The notes: a model not told the origin generated them from the letters alone. A stretch of 64,000 nucleotides of DNA from an uncultured Poribacteria bacterium (GCA_951813565.1 OX638351.1:4352001-4416000); one strand, 5' to 3'; positions 21,802 to 31,924 are shown, numbered from the stretch's first letter. Program-made: numbers and translations.

Positions 21802-22092
21802 ATGGCGAAACGAAAACGAAGAAACTTCACTCCCGAGTTTAAAGCCGAAGTTGTTCTTGAGGCACTGAGCGGTCAAAGTTCCCAAGCAGAAGTGTGTCGG
21901 CGACATAGCCTCAGCGATGAACAACTTTCAAAGTGGAAGCGACAGCTTCTTGAAAATGCGGCGACCCTCTTTGAACCCGCTGATAAACAGTCTGATGCCT
22001 CTGCGGATCGGATCGCCCAACTTGAGCAACTCGTTGGGCGGTTGACCCTGGCACTTGACATCCAAAAAAAAGCCTCAACTTACTTGAGTTGA
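21802..22092 (+). CDS. IS3 OrfA (HTH)
   Basis: RRNFTPEFKAEVV; A8G slippery site at 22064-22072. Confidence 0.92.
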   Translation: MAKRKRRNFTPEFKAEVVLEALSGQSSQAEVCRRHSLSDEQLSKWKRQLLENAATLFEPADKQSDASADRIAQLEQLVGRLTLALDIQKKASTYLS

Positions 22093-22928
22093 CCCCGATG
22101 GAGCAGCGAGAAATGGTTGAAGCATTACGGATAGACTTTTCGGTTCGGCAGATATGTGAGACGCTCGGTTTCAACCGAAGCAATCTCTATTATCACCCCA
22201 AGCAGGACCCGTGTGAAGCGGGCCTCCGGGATGAAATAGAGAAGTTATCTTTGCTATATCCAACATACGGATATAGACGTATCACACAGTTGTTAGTGCG
22301 TGGCGGATACACCATCGGGTATAAGCGTGTTGCCCGATTGATGAAATCCGCCAACCTCTCGGTTTCTGTCAAACGTGTCTGTCAAACCACGACATCCGTT
22401 GCGGGTGTGCGTCCCTGGGGTAATCGCCTTGAAAACCTTGATGTCTCCCGATGTGATCAGGTCTGGGTAGGCGATATTACCTACGTCCGTCTCAAAGGAC
22501 ACTTCATCTATGTTTGTCTGCTCATGGATGTCTTCACTCGCATGATCAGGGGGTGGCATATCAGTCGACACTTGACGCAATCTCTGGCGTTGAAACCCTT
22601 AGAGACAGCATTATGTCAAAGTGTTCCAGAGATCCATCATTCTGATCAAGGCGTTCAGTATCTTTCAGATGCGTATATCTCACTGCTTAGGTATCATGGG
22701 ATAGAGATTTCAGTCGCCCGAAGAGGGTGTCCTTGGGAGAACGGATATGCTGAAAGACTTATCCGCACGCTCAAGGAAGAAGAAGTTCATCTCAACGCCT
22801 ATGAGAACATCCACGAAGCGAGAGCCCGCATTGGGCATTTTATTACGCAAGTGTATAATCACAAACGCCCTCATTCAGCGTTAGGGTATTTGACACCTGT
22901 GGAATTTGAGCAAAAAAACTTGTCTTAA
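22089..22928 (+). CDS. IS3 OrfB DDE transposase
   Basis: YGYRRI, WVGDITY, HHSDQG, ENGYAER, YNHKRPHSALG. Confidence 0.95.
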   Translation: MTPMEQREMVEALRIDFSVRQICETLGFNRSNLYYHPKQDPCEAGLRDEIEKLSLLYPTYGYRRITQLLVRGGYTIGYKRVARLMKSANLSVSVKRVCQTTTSVAGVRPWGNRLENLDVSRCDQVWVGDITYVRLKGHFIYVCLLMDVFTRMIRGWHISRHLTQSLALKPLETALCQSVPEIHHSDQGVQYLSDAYISLLRYHGIEISVARRGCPWENGYAERLIRTLKEEEVHLNAYENIHEARARIGHFITQVYNHKRPHSALGYLTPVEFEQKNLS

Positions 22929-23160
22929 CTTTGCTAAATTTTGGTCTGAATAAACGGTAGCACTTCAAATTCTTGATCAAGGACTGCCAGAAACCTATAC
23001 GCAAGACATGTTTGAGAAAAAATGGAAGGCAGTATATCAACATGTTTTTGAATCCTATTATGGAGAGGGGAAGAGTGCCTATACTGAAATCACTAATATT
23101 CAAGAACCAGACAATATTACGACTGGCAGATCTGCAGTTACATTATAAAGGTAAGTTTTT

Positions 23161-23934
23161 ATGCTTCTCAAAGACCGTATTAGCATTGTAACAGGTGGTA
23201 GTTCCGGTATCGGACGCGGAATCGCCCTTGAATTCGCTCGCGAAGGCGCGAGTGTTGTAATCGCTGACAAACAGGAATCTCCACTGCAAGGTAAGTATCA
23301 CGAGAAGGATGCCACAACACCAACAGTCCAAGAAATAGAGAAATTAGGCGGGCGGGGAATATTTATCAAAACCGATGTTTCCGATGAATCACAGGTCACC
23401 CGGATGATCCAGCAAACTGTTGAACATTTTGGTGGACTTGATATTCTTGTCAATAACGCTGGTATTCATATTCCCGGTGGATCACAAGATATTTCTATTG
23501 CCGACTGGGACAAAGTTGTTGGTGTAAACTTGCGCGGCGTTTTTATGACAACGAAACTTGCTATTCCGCACCTGAAAAAGTCGAAATTCGGACGGATTAT
23601 CCAAATCGCTTCTGTCCATGCCTACGGTGGCGGTGCGGGACCAGCCTACGCCTCCGCGAAAGCTGCTGTTGTCAACATGGTTCGGGATACCGCTTTAGAG
23701 GTTGGTAAATTCGGAATAACTGTAAACGCTATCTGTCCCGGCTATATTGAGACTGCAATTCAGGATTACCTAACGCCAGAACAAATTGAGGAATCGTTAG
23801 AAAAGACACCCTTGCAACGTTTAGGTCTACCTAAAGACATCGGACGCGCAGCAATTTTCTTCGCGTCGGACGATGCTGCATGGGTCACTGGCACATCTCT
23901 CCTTGTTGATGGCGGTGCCAGTGCCAAGGCATAG
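23161..23934 (+). CDS. SDR-family oxidoreductase
   Basis: TGGSSGIG, NNAG, YASAK. Confidence 0.93.
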   Translation: MLLKDRISIVTGGSSGIGRGIALEFAREGASVVIADKQESPLQGKYHEKDATTPTVQEIEKLGGRGIFIKTDVSDESQVTRMIQQTVEHFGGLDILVNNAGIHIPGGSQDISIADWDKVVGVNLRGVFMTTKLAIPHLKKSKFGRIIQIASVHAYGGGAGPAYASAKAAVVNMVRDTALEVGKFGITVNAICPGYIETAIQDYLTPEQIEESLEKTPLQRLGLPKDIGRAAIFFASDDAAWVTGTSLLVDGGASAKA

Positions 23935-23986
23935 TAAATACTATGATGGATTTTCTTGTGGGAGGAGTTTCCAACCCGATTTTCCA

Positions 23987-24535
23987 ATGCCAACCAAAAC
24001 ACACACCACAGCAGTTGTCCTCATTCCGCCAGAGGCGATACAGCCGCCTATCCAAGCAATCCGTAGTATCCATGACCGCAATTTCGAGCGATGGATGCCG
24101 CACATAACACTGCTTTACCCATTTGCACCGCAACAAGATTTTCAAGATATTATCCCAGCACTTGCAAAAGTTGCACAACAGACAACACCGTTTTCTGTAA
24201 TACTTGCATCTTTCAATGCTTTTCGCCACAAGAAATCATGCACACTTTTCCTCGTGCCCGAACCCAAAAACGAAATCGTACAACTACATAGCACACTTAC
24301 TGAATATCTTCCAGACTACGACGACACGGCACGATTTACTGGTGGATTCAACCCACATCTCTCAGTCGGACAATTCCAGCACCAATCTCTCAATGACGCA
24401 CAACAGCAATTACAAAATGAGTGGAAACCAATTCAGTTTGAGGTCGAATCTCTATCACTTATCTATAGATCAAAAGAAACAAACGATAAATTTGTTGTTT
24501 CTGAAAGCTTTCTCTTTCAGAAAAGGAGTGAATAA
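23987..24535 (+). CDS. 2H phosphoesterase / 2'-5' RNA ligase family
   Basis: PHITL and PHLSV motifs. Confidence 0.88.
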   Translation: MPTKTHTTAVVLIPPEAIQPPIQAIRSIHDRNFERWMPHITLLYPFAPQQDFQDIIPALAKVAQQTTPFSVILASFNAFRHKKSCTLFLVPEPKNEIVQLHSTLTEYLPDYDDTARFTGGFNPHLSVGQFQHQSLNDAQQQLQNEWKPIQFEVESLSLIYRSKETNDKFVVSESFLFQKRSE

Positions 24536-25071
24536 TGAACACAAAATCTATCATATCGTCCATCTTAACCTTAGTTTTATAGTAAAAACCATAATTATTT
24601 ACACACTACAAATCAACGCTAAATGCGCCTATGGCATTCGTCCAAATCAACGCTGAATACACCTATGGTATTCAGCGGGTTCGGTTTCCCGCCAAATACG
24701 CCAAACCAACGCCAAATGCGCGTATGGCATTTGGCGTATTTGGCGTTGATTCACCGAACCGGTGTTTATTCAGTCTCATAGTTCGGCAGAATGCGCTTGG
24801 TAGAATGCGCGCATGGCATTCTGCATGATTCTTCTGCATTGGTTAGGAAACCGCATCTACCAGGGAGTGTGCACATATTTTCGGATTTTACTATAAAAAC
24901 GCAGAAACGCTTGATCCCACTGCTATTCGGGATGCCTTGATAAAAGTCACTGACTACCAAGGTGCATCCACCATTTCACGTTTTGATGAAAATCGACACC
25001 CGGTCAAAAGTCTATTGCTCCACACTATTCGCGATGAACAGATAGTCCTCTACAAAGCCGTTGATCCATAG
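24535..25071 (+). pseudogene. Branched-chain-type ABC substrate-binding protein; middle replaced by a MITE
   Basis: AAGGAG RBS plus MNTKSIISSILTLVL before the MITE; NAETLDPTAIRDAL...RFDENRHPVKS...VDP* after it. Confidence 0.7.
24578..24895. mobile_element. MITE containing REPs and AATCAAC modules
   Basis: Imperfect TIRs TATAGTAAAAACCATAATTATTTACAC and TATAGTAAAATCCGAAAATATGTGCAC (reverse complement). Confidence 0.7.
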
Positions 25072-25154
25072 CGGAAAACGATTCAAGTGTGGTAAATTTC
25101 TCCCAAAATGAAGATGATGTGGTTTATGACAATGCATGTATATCCATCACTATG

Positions 25155-25204
25155 AAAGCAATTGACAAGTACAGCTTGAAGATGTATAATTTTAACAAAG
25201 CAAT
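25155..25204 (+). promoter_or_regulatory. Sigma70 promoter module, copy 3
   Basis: TTGACA 25162-25167, 17 nt spacer, TATAAT 25185-25190; flanks shared with copies 1 and 2. Confidence 0.85.
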
Positions 25205-25219
25205 AGGAGGTGAACGCCC

Positions 25220-26410
25220 ATGTCGGAACAAAAAGTGTTTTTAGAGCAAATTAATATTAAAAACTTCTTGAGTTTGCGTAATGTTACACTTTCGCTCAAG
25301 CCACTTACTGTTCTCGTTGGACCTAATGCAAGTGGAAAATCAAATATCTTGAGTGCTTTGAATCTTCTAAACACGATGACGATTGCTGAAAATCCCCCAC
25401 CGCCTAAATTCATTCAAGATCGTCTGTGGGCAGGAAAAGAAAACAACGTTTTTTTTCAACTGCATACCAAGGTGGAAACAACTTCAGCAGAATATAGACT
25501 AGAAATTTCATCCAAATCTGATAATCCTATTGTTGCTGAAGAATTATTAGTAAAGGATCAAAAAAATGTTCAAGCCATCTTTATTGAAAATGGAGAAGGT
25601 ACGGTTCAGGATGAAGATGGCAGCAACAAAACTAATTACAAGTCCAACAAGCTTGCTTTGAAATCTGCTGGCGATTATGGAAACAAACCTATTACCCGGA
25701 CCTTAACTGAGTTTATCAAAGGTTGGGAGTTTTATGATTTTCAACCAGGATACATGCGAGGTGGTGTTACTAGATTGACTGAAATTTTATCCGGAGAATC
25801 TGAAGCGTTGCCCGAATCACCAAAATTAGATGATGATGGCTCTACATTACCTATACTACTTTCGTACTGGTACGAGAATGATCGGCAACGTTTCAACAAG
25901 GTGAGTGAATCTCTCCAAAGATGCACGAATATCAGAATTGACTTCTGTGTACTTGATGGAGATCGTCAACTGTGCCTTTCAGAAGGATATGAGAGACCGA
26001 TTCTTTTAAAGAGAGCATCTGATGGCACATTGCGTTTGGTTGCCTATTATATCTTGCTAAACGAACCTGAATTGCCCTCGCTCATTGCCATTGAAGAACC
26101 TGAACGAAACCTTCACCCTGGCGCGCTGACTGATATTGCTAACATCCTTGAGCAACTTTCCGAACGAACACAAGTGATAATCACAACACATAGTTCCCAA
26201 CTTCTTGATGCCTTTAATCCTGACAACTTGTCCGATTCCCTTGGTGTCTTACTATTACGCAACCGTCCTGGCCTCGGTACAGAAGTGCTCAATCTTGAGG
26301 AAATCCGTGGAAAAAGGGAAGCACTCAACGGTTGGATTGCTGATTTTGGAATCGGCAGCGCGATTTTTGATAGTGAACTGCTGCAAGACCTGATGGAGGA
26401 ACCGGTATGA
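25220..26410 (+). CDS. ABC-type (AAA_15/AAA_21-like) ATPase, defence-associated type
   Basis: GPNASGKS, SDGT, IEEPE, TTHS. Confidence 0.9.
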   Translation: MSEQKVFLEQINIKNFLSLRNVTLSLKPLTVLVGPNASGKSNILSALNLLNTMTIAENPPPPKFIQDRLWAGKENNVFFQLHTKVETTSAEYRLEISSKSDNPIVAEELLVKDQKNVQAIFIENGEGTVQDEDGSNKTNYKSNKLALKSAGDYGNKPITRTLTEFIKGWEFYDFQPGYMRGGVTRLTEILSGESEALPESPKLDDDGSTLPILLSYWYENDRQRFNKVSESLQRCTNIRIDFCVLDGDRQLCLSEGYERPILLKRASDGTLRLVAYYILLNEPELPSLIAIEEPERNLHPGALTDIANILEQLSERTQVIITTHSSQLLDAFNPDNLSDSLGVLLLRNRPGLGTEVLNLEEIRGKREALNGWIADFGIGSAIFDSELLQDLMEEPV

Positions 26411-26946
26411 TAAGCGTAAGAGTCTGGAACGTCGGATCGGACAGTAGCACTAAGGCAGTCGAATTTTTGGAGGATGAGTTTTTGAGATCACGGCAGCTTG
26501 GACACTTGGCAATCCGATCAGTAGGAAGAAGTGCATTTCGTAAGTGCCATAGAATGGGTGCTCCTGTGAATGACAGTCTGAGGAAGGCAATCCAACACTA
26601 CCTTAACCAAGATGATTATATAGTTTTCGTTACTGACGTTGCCAATTCAAAGTTAAAAAATCAAAAACTTGTTGAACATATTAGACATGTCGTCAAAGGT
26701 AGCGATTTTGCTGACAAGATATATTTTGCACCAGATATTCAGAATAGTGAATCATCAGTAAATGCAGCGTGGCAAAGCCTTACTTCGGACTTCCGTGCTA
26801 AAGTTGAAAGTGAGCGTAAACAGTTTCAGAAGGAATGGGATAAAGTTACAACTCGCTTCCACGATGTTTTTGCCGACACGCCAGAGGAAGAAGTGATACG
26901 CGATTTTGAGGAAGCACTCGCTGAGGTGAGGCGTGAACGAAAATGA
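26407..26946 (+). CDS. Hypothetical protein: possible degenerate DUF4276/TOPRIM-like N-terminus plus antitoxin-like tail
   Basis: Translationally coupled to the ATPase and the PIN gene; tail EEEVIRDFEEALAEVRRERK. Confidence 0.5.
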   Translation: MISVRVWNVGSDSSTKAVEFLEDEFLRSRQLGHLAIRSVGRSAFRKCHRMGAPVNDSLRKAIQHYLNQDDYIVFVTDVANSKLKNQKLVEHIRHVVKGSDFADKIYFAPDIQNSESSVNAAWQSLTSDFRAKVESERKQFQKEWDKVTTRFHDVFADTPEEEVIRDFEEALAEVRRERK

Positions 26947-27391
26947 GAACCGATGGCGCGTTTACCGGGCGACATTTGACACCAACATTTTCGTCCGTTC
27001 ACTTATTCGTAAAGGTAATCTTGCTAACCGTCTTTTATCACTTTGGCAAGCAGGACGATTCGTTCTCGTCTTATCGCACGCTATTATTGATGAAGTTCAG
27101 ACGGTCTTATCAAGTTGTAAAATGCTCCGACAATATCGCTATACATTGGACGAAGTCGCAAACCTGATTGATCTTCTGTACCGAGCAAGTATTGTGGAGA
27201 TCACTTCTTCATTTGAACTCTGTCGGGATGCTACCGATAACATGTTCCTTGATTGTGCAGTCTCAGGACGAGTCCAATTCTTGGTATCAACTGACAAAGA
27301 TCTTATAGATGATGCCGAACTTAAGCAGGCTATGTTTGAATTTGAGATTGTTGAACCACCTATTTTCTTAATGAAATTAGAAGTGGTGTAA
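26933..27391 (+). CDS. PIN-family toxin (PIN_3-like)
   Basis: FDTNIFV, CRDATDNMFLDCA, VSTDKDL. Confidence 0.88.
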   Translation: MNENENRWRVYRATFDTNIFVRSLIRKGNLANRLLSLWQAGRFVLVLSHAIIDEVQTVLSSCKMLRQYRYTLDEVANLIDLLYRASIVEITSSFELCRDATDNMFLDCAVSGRVQFLVSTDKDLIDDAELKQAMFEFEIVEPPIFLMKLEVV

Positions 27392-27461
27392 ACTAATTGT
27401 CTAACCCTTCACAAAATGCTATAATGCAAGCATATCCTATCTCAATCAAGAATAACTTCGC

Positions 27462-28376
27462 ATGAAACATTTCTACCTACTATTTCCAATCCTCATTTTC
27501 TTCCTCAGCTGTTCTTCCCCCCAACCGGTAGAAATATCCGATCAAAACTTAGCTGGAGCGGTCCGAGAAGCGTTGGGTTTAGCACCAAGCGAACCGATCC
27601 TACAAAAGAATTTGGATGAATTACAGACACTGGCTGCATCAAACGCAGGTATAACAGATTTAACAGGTCTTGAAGAAGCAACAAATTTATCAAGTTTAGA
27701 ACTTGATAGGAATCAAATTACAGACATCACACCGTTAACAGATTTAGTGCAGCTAACAGATTTAAATCTCCGCATGAACCAAATCACCGACCTAACACCA
27801 CTTGCGGGGATGACAAAACTTACGAAATTGGAAATCAGTGGGGATAAAATCAACGACATCACACCGATCAAAAACTTGACACAACTTACAGAACTTTCAA
27901 TCTCAAATTGTCAAATCAGCGATATATCACCGCTAAAGAACCTGAAACAACTGACTAACCTATCAATTTCAAAGAGTCAGATCAGCGATATTACACCACT
28001 TACAGAGTTGACACAACTGAAAGAATTAACGCTTTCGTACGGGAAAATTAGCGACATCATACCACTTGCAAACTTGACAGAGCTTACCGATTTGTGGCTT
28101 GTTTCTAACCAAATTAGCGATATTACACCACTCAAAAACTTGACACAACTCACAGAACTCTGGCTTGTTTCCAATCAAATTAGCGATATTACACCACTCA
28201 AAAACCTAACGCAGCTTAGCAGCCTATTGATTTCTTTTAATCAAATTAAAAATATAAACGCTGTTGAAAATCTCACAAGTTTAAGGGACTTAGGGATTAA
28301 GGGAAATCCTATTCAGAACTTGACACCGGTTTATCGCCTCCGTAAAAAGGTGCCGAATTTAAAACTGAATATGTAA
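27462..28376 (+). CDS. Internalin-like leucine-rich-repeat lipoprotein
   Basis: Lipobox FLSC; 22-aa repeats of the type NQISDITPLKNLTQLTEL. Confidence 0.92.
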   Translation: MKHFYLLFPILIFFLSCSSPQPVEISDQNLAGAVREALGLAPSEPILQKNLDELQTLAASNAGITDLTGLEEATNLSSLELDRNQITDITPLTDLVQLTDLNLRMNQITDLTPLAGMTKLTKLEISGDKINDITPIKNLTQLTELSISNCQISDISPLKNLKQLTNLSISKSQISDITPLTELTQLKELTLSYGKISDIIPLANLTELTDLWLVSNQISDITPLKNLTQLTELWLVSNQISDITPLKNLTQLSSLLISFNQIKNINAVENLTSLRDLGIKGNPIQNLTPVYRLRKKVPNLKLNM

Positions 28377-28384
28377 GTATCCTC

Positions 28385-31051
28385 TTACATTGAAACCCCC
28401 AACAACCCCCGCGTTAACTGAAAATCTATATTGCCCTTGCTATGCAATTTAGGGGTATACCGCCGCGAAGCCACCTCCATAATCAGCGCCAACATTTCAT
28501 CAACTTCAATAGATGCTAAATCCAAATCTGTACCATAAGCTGATTGCGTCTCAGAATCTGTAGATACCTGAATTAGAGGCACCATCACATGCGATTGCAA
28601 GGGCGCGCCAACAATGTGTGCAAGCGCGAGTTCTAAACCAGTCGCACCTAAGCCTGTTAACGTCTCTGTCGGTTGATCGGTAGGTGATTCCATGATATGA
28701 AAACCGTTCTTTTCAACACGTTGTCCATAAGCCAAAGTTGGTGAGGAAAAGGATTCCGTTAAGAATGTAGCATTTGCAGGAACAACAACCGTCCCTCCCT
28801 CTTTGGCAATTGACTCTGTTAATTGCATCAGTGATTGCGAAACAATCTCTGTCACTTTACCGACTGAAGTGACCGCTATGCAAAGGTGTTCTAAACCAGC
28901 ATCAACAATCGGAACAGAAGGTTTATCAGCAAGTTCATGTGCAAACCAATTTTGCACCTTATCAATCACAGCATCAATTCCGCCATCCAATTGCACGCTC
29001 GCCCAACCGTAGTTTTCAGGCGAAATACCCAATTGCTGAATTTCATGGCGAACATGGTCATTGTGTGTCTTTTCACAACCGTGTTCCAGAAGCAAACCGA
29101 GTGCTACTGATGGATGCGTCAGGTGTCCGATCATGGTGCGGGTGTAAATCTCTTCGGAACGTCCACTTGAAACACCGCATCCCTCTGTATGTGCAAGTGC
29201 CACAAAACGGGATATTCCTTGTTCTTTTCCAATCTTGTGTTCGTTGCATCGGTGCGCAATCATCTGTGCAATTTGTCCTGAACAGAGACTTGTCGGCAAA
29301 ATTAGTGCAAGTTGATCGCTTCGACGCCCATCTGCTGTTTGGAAAGCACGAAATGTGTATGCATCGGTAGGAATACTTGCTGCTTCTTTTGAGGGAATCG
29401 GTAATGGTTGACCAGACTTAACCTCAGATGCTTCAAGCATAGGTGTTAAATCCGTAGGGCCTGTCTGTTTCCAGTCACGCCACAGCGAAACTTGTGAATG
29501 TCCAGCCTTTTCTCCAACTGAACGTTCACCTGATGCAACATCTACCGTGAGATCAAGCATATCTTGACCAAGCTGCTCCATCGGTGTACCATCAAGATAA
29601 GCCCCTGCGTTCACATCCATATCCTTCTCAAGCATTTCGTAACGACCAGTTGTTGTTACAATCTTAATCGTTGGCACAAAAGGAAAATTGGTAATTGATC
29701 CGTTGCCAGTAACAAAGAAAATCATATTTGATCCAGAAGCCACTTGTCCTGCAATGCTCTCCAAATCGTTGCCGGGGCTATCCATGAAATAGTAGCCGGG
29801 TTTCTTCATCAACTCACTATAATTGATGACGTAGTCAAGGCGAACATCAGGATTCCGCTTCATTGCTGCACCAATTGATTTTATGGCGATGTTGTAGAGA
29901 CCTCTAAAATTGTTTCCACCAGATGGATTCCCTTCAGCAGAATGTCCATGCCACCCTACACGTTCCTTAAATACTTCAACAGTATTGAGAAATTTCTGTG
30001 CTGTTGGCAAATCACGAACGTTTTGCAAAAGATATGCCTCCGCGCCGATAAGTTCATCAGTTTCTGCCAGATTAGCGCATCCACCATAACGGATGACCTC
30101 CTTGGCGACATAAGCAGCGAGCGGATTACCGGACACCCCCGAAAAAGCGTCAGAACCCCCGCACTGCAACGCAATTTTGAGATTTTCTAAAGACTGCTCT
30201 GTCCGTGAAACACTATTAACTGTATCTAACCACCCATTTAGTATCTTGGTGCCTTTAACTAAGTTAGCATCAAAATTTCCTTCAATCCGAAAGAAATTAT
30301 GTGTGATATCATCCAGTTCATAGTTCTCGCGCAGCATATATTCCTTCAACATGTCGTTGGTTACTGCTTCTGTGCCATAATCCACAAGCAGGATCGCGCC
30401 GATATTAGGATGTGCCGTAAAACCCGCGAGCGTCCGCAACAATATATCTATGTTATTTGGTGTTTTTTCTTCACCACCTTCAGTATGTGTTACCGAAACG
30501 ATTCCGTCTATGTGAGAATAGCCTTGCACGCTGTCCGAACATCTGTCCGCAAGTCTTTTGGCAAAGGCAGAGGTCCGTGAAGTTGTTCCCATCACAACGA
30601 TATAGTTCCGTGTTCCAACGCCACGATTTCCCGCCCGTCGATAACCGAGAAAATTACGTTTTTCTGAATAGCGTTCCACCTGTTTTCCCGGTCTAAACGC
30701 TGCTTCATCTAATGCATAAGGCACTATCACATCAGAGAAGTTGGGACTCGATGGCAGTTCAAAATTTAGATTTCTAATCGACAGTGAATCAATCATTTTC
30801 TGATTGCACACATAATTGCCAGGAACAATAGAACGTGAAGCGTAACCGAAAGGTAAACCCCAAGACAATAGTGCATCACCCTCTATTATCGGTTGGATGG
30901 CAAAACGGTGTCCTTCTAACACGGTATGAGATAAGGAAAACTTTTCACCATTATGCTGAATCTGTGTTCCCGCATCTAATCTCTGTGTAGCAATCGCAAC
31001 GTTATCATCTGGAGCAGGTAACCGTGCAACGTTTGTAAAATAATATGTCAT
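28385..31051 (-). CDS. UxaA/GarD-family sugar-acid dehydratase with duplicated catalytic domain
   Basis: SAF domain (DNVAIA), GTRNY, QCGGSDAFSG; the second module has HTEGC and HGCE. Confidence 0.85.
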   Translation of the reverse strand: MTYYFTNVARLPAPDDNVAIATQRLDAGTQIQHNGEKFSLSHTVLEGHRFAIQPIIEGDALLSWGLPFGYASRSIVPGNYVCNQKMIDSLSIRNLNFELPSSPNFSDVIVPYALDEAAFRPGKQVERYSEKRNFLGYRRAGNRGVGTRNYIVVMGTTSRTSAFAKRLADRCSDSVQGYSHIDGIVSVTHTEGGEEKTPNNIDILLRTLAGFTAHPNIGAILLVDYGTEAVTNDMLKEYMLRENYELDDITHNFFRIEGNFDANLVKGTKILNGWLDTVNSVSRTEQSLENLKIALQCGGSDAFSGVSGNPLAAYVAKEVIRYGGCANLAETDELIGAEAYLLQNVRDLPTAQKFLNTVEVFKERVGWHGHSAEGNPSGGNNFRGLYNIAIKSIGAAMKRNPDVRLDYVINYSELMKKPGYYFMDSPGNDLESIAGQVASGSNMIFFVTGNGSITNFPFVPTIKIVTTTGRYEMLEKDMDVNAGAYLDGTPMEQLGQDMLDLTVDVASGERSVGEKAGHSQVSLWRDWKQTGPTDLTPMLEASEVKSGQPLPIPSKEAASIPTDAYTFRAFQTADGRRSDQLALILPTSLCSGQIAQMIAHRCNEHKIGKEQGISRFVALAHTEGCGVSSGRSEEIYTRTMIGHLTHPSVALGLLLEHGCEKTHNDHVRHEIQQLGISPENYGWASVQLDGGIDAVIDKVQNWFAHELADKPSVPIVDAGLEHLCIAVTSVGKVTEIVSQSLMQLTESIAKEGGTVVVPANATFLTESFSSPTLAYGQRVEKNGFHIMESPTDQPTETLTGLGATGLELALAHIVGAPLQSHVMVPLIQVSTDSETQSAYGTDLDLASIEVDEMLALIMEVASRRYTPKLHSKGNIDFQLTRGLLGVSM

Positions 31052-31069
31052 TAGGCCTCCTTACACAGA

Positions 31070-31639
31070 TTAACGGCGATAGATGCTTACTTCAATAGCA
31101 TCCTTTTTTACCCACGGCAGATTAATGTCAAACCAATGTGTTTCAGATTCATAGTGTTCACGAACGTGTTCGAGGTAATCCGCCATAGAGTCTGCACCGA
31201 TTCCAACGTTGTCCGCCAATACAGTCGCAGGATTAGTCAACTGCGATTCAATCGCCTGAAAACATGGGAAATAATTATCAAAATTGTTATCAAGGAGCAA
31301 AAAATCCACAGGTTCTTGGATGCTTTTGAGCACCGCCTGTGCATCACCGATGCGTGAATCAACGAGATCAGCCAAACCTGCACTTTCAAAATTTGCGCGC
31401 GCTTGATTTGCTCGGTTAGTATCTATCTCAATTGTTATTAAACGTCCAGCACCTGCAGCTTTCAACACACGTAACATCCATAGACCGGAATAGCCGATAG
31501 CAGTACCGCATTCGACAATTAGTGATGGCTTAGTCTTCTCAACGCAGTCAGCGAGAAATTTTGCCTTTTCCGGTCCTAACATAGGAATTCTCTCTTCTCT
31601 ACACTGTGCCTCAACCTCTTTTAAAACCTGATCAAACAT
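31070..31639 (-). CDS. O-methyltransferase
   Basis: VECGTAIGYSG, ADNV; RBS precedes ATG 31639. Confidence 0.88.
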   Translation of the reverse strand: MFDQVLKEVEAQCREERIPMLGPEKAKFLADCVEKTKPSLIVECGTAIGYSGLWMLRVLKAAGAGRLITIEIDTNRANQARANFESAGLADLVDSRIGDAQAVLKSIQEPVDFLLLDNNFDNYFPCFQAIESQLTNPATVLADNVGIGADSMADYLEHVREHYESETHWFDINLPWVKKDAIEVSIYRR

Positions 31640-31924
31640 ATAACCCTCCATTAAAATAAAGCCGCTATCACTTGAATTTGACACACTTAAAGCGATATGG
31701 TAAAATTCTATACCGTTTAGTACAGTAGGTTGTGCGACTTTGCTTAATTCTGCAATTGTTTCAATATTTCATTTGTGGAAAAAGATAAGATAATCATACA
31801 CGAAAACCTTATAAGGGTCAAGTCGTAGGGCTTAAACTTAATTCTGACATTTTTAGAGACAAAAATTGCAACCGAATCTATTGTTAGGTGTGTATTAGTA
31901 TGTAGGCACTTCCGGAGGCACCTG

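Larger units (their letters stand above)
21723..22967 (+). mobile_element. IS3-family insertion sequence
   Basis: TG...CA ends, ~26-bp imperfect TIRs, AAT target duplication (21720-21722 and 22968-22970). Confidence 0.95.
18682..23148 (+). pseudogene. hsdR: Type I R-M restriction subunit, interrupted near the 3' end by IS3
   Basis: PD...EFK nuclease motif, WHTQGSGKS, DEAH. The frame resumes at 22971 as (I)LDQGLPETYTQ...VYQHVFESY. Confidence 0.93.

Noticed and set aside
27700..28250. 66-bp nucleotide repeats as a DGR template or array
   Set aside because: Explained by LRR coding repeats; there is no reverse transcriptase in the window.
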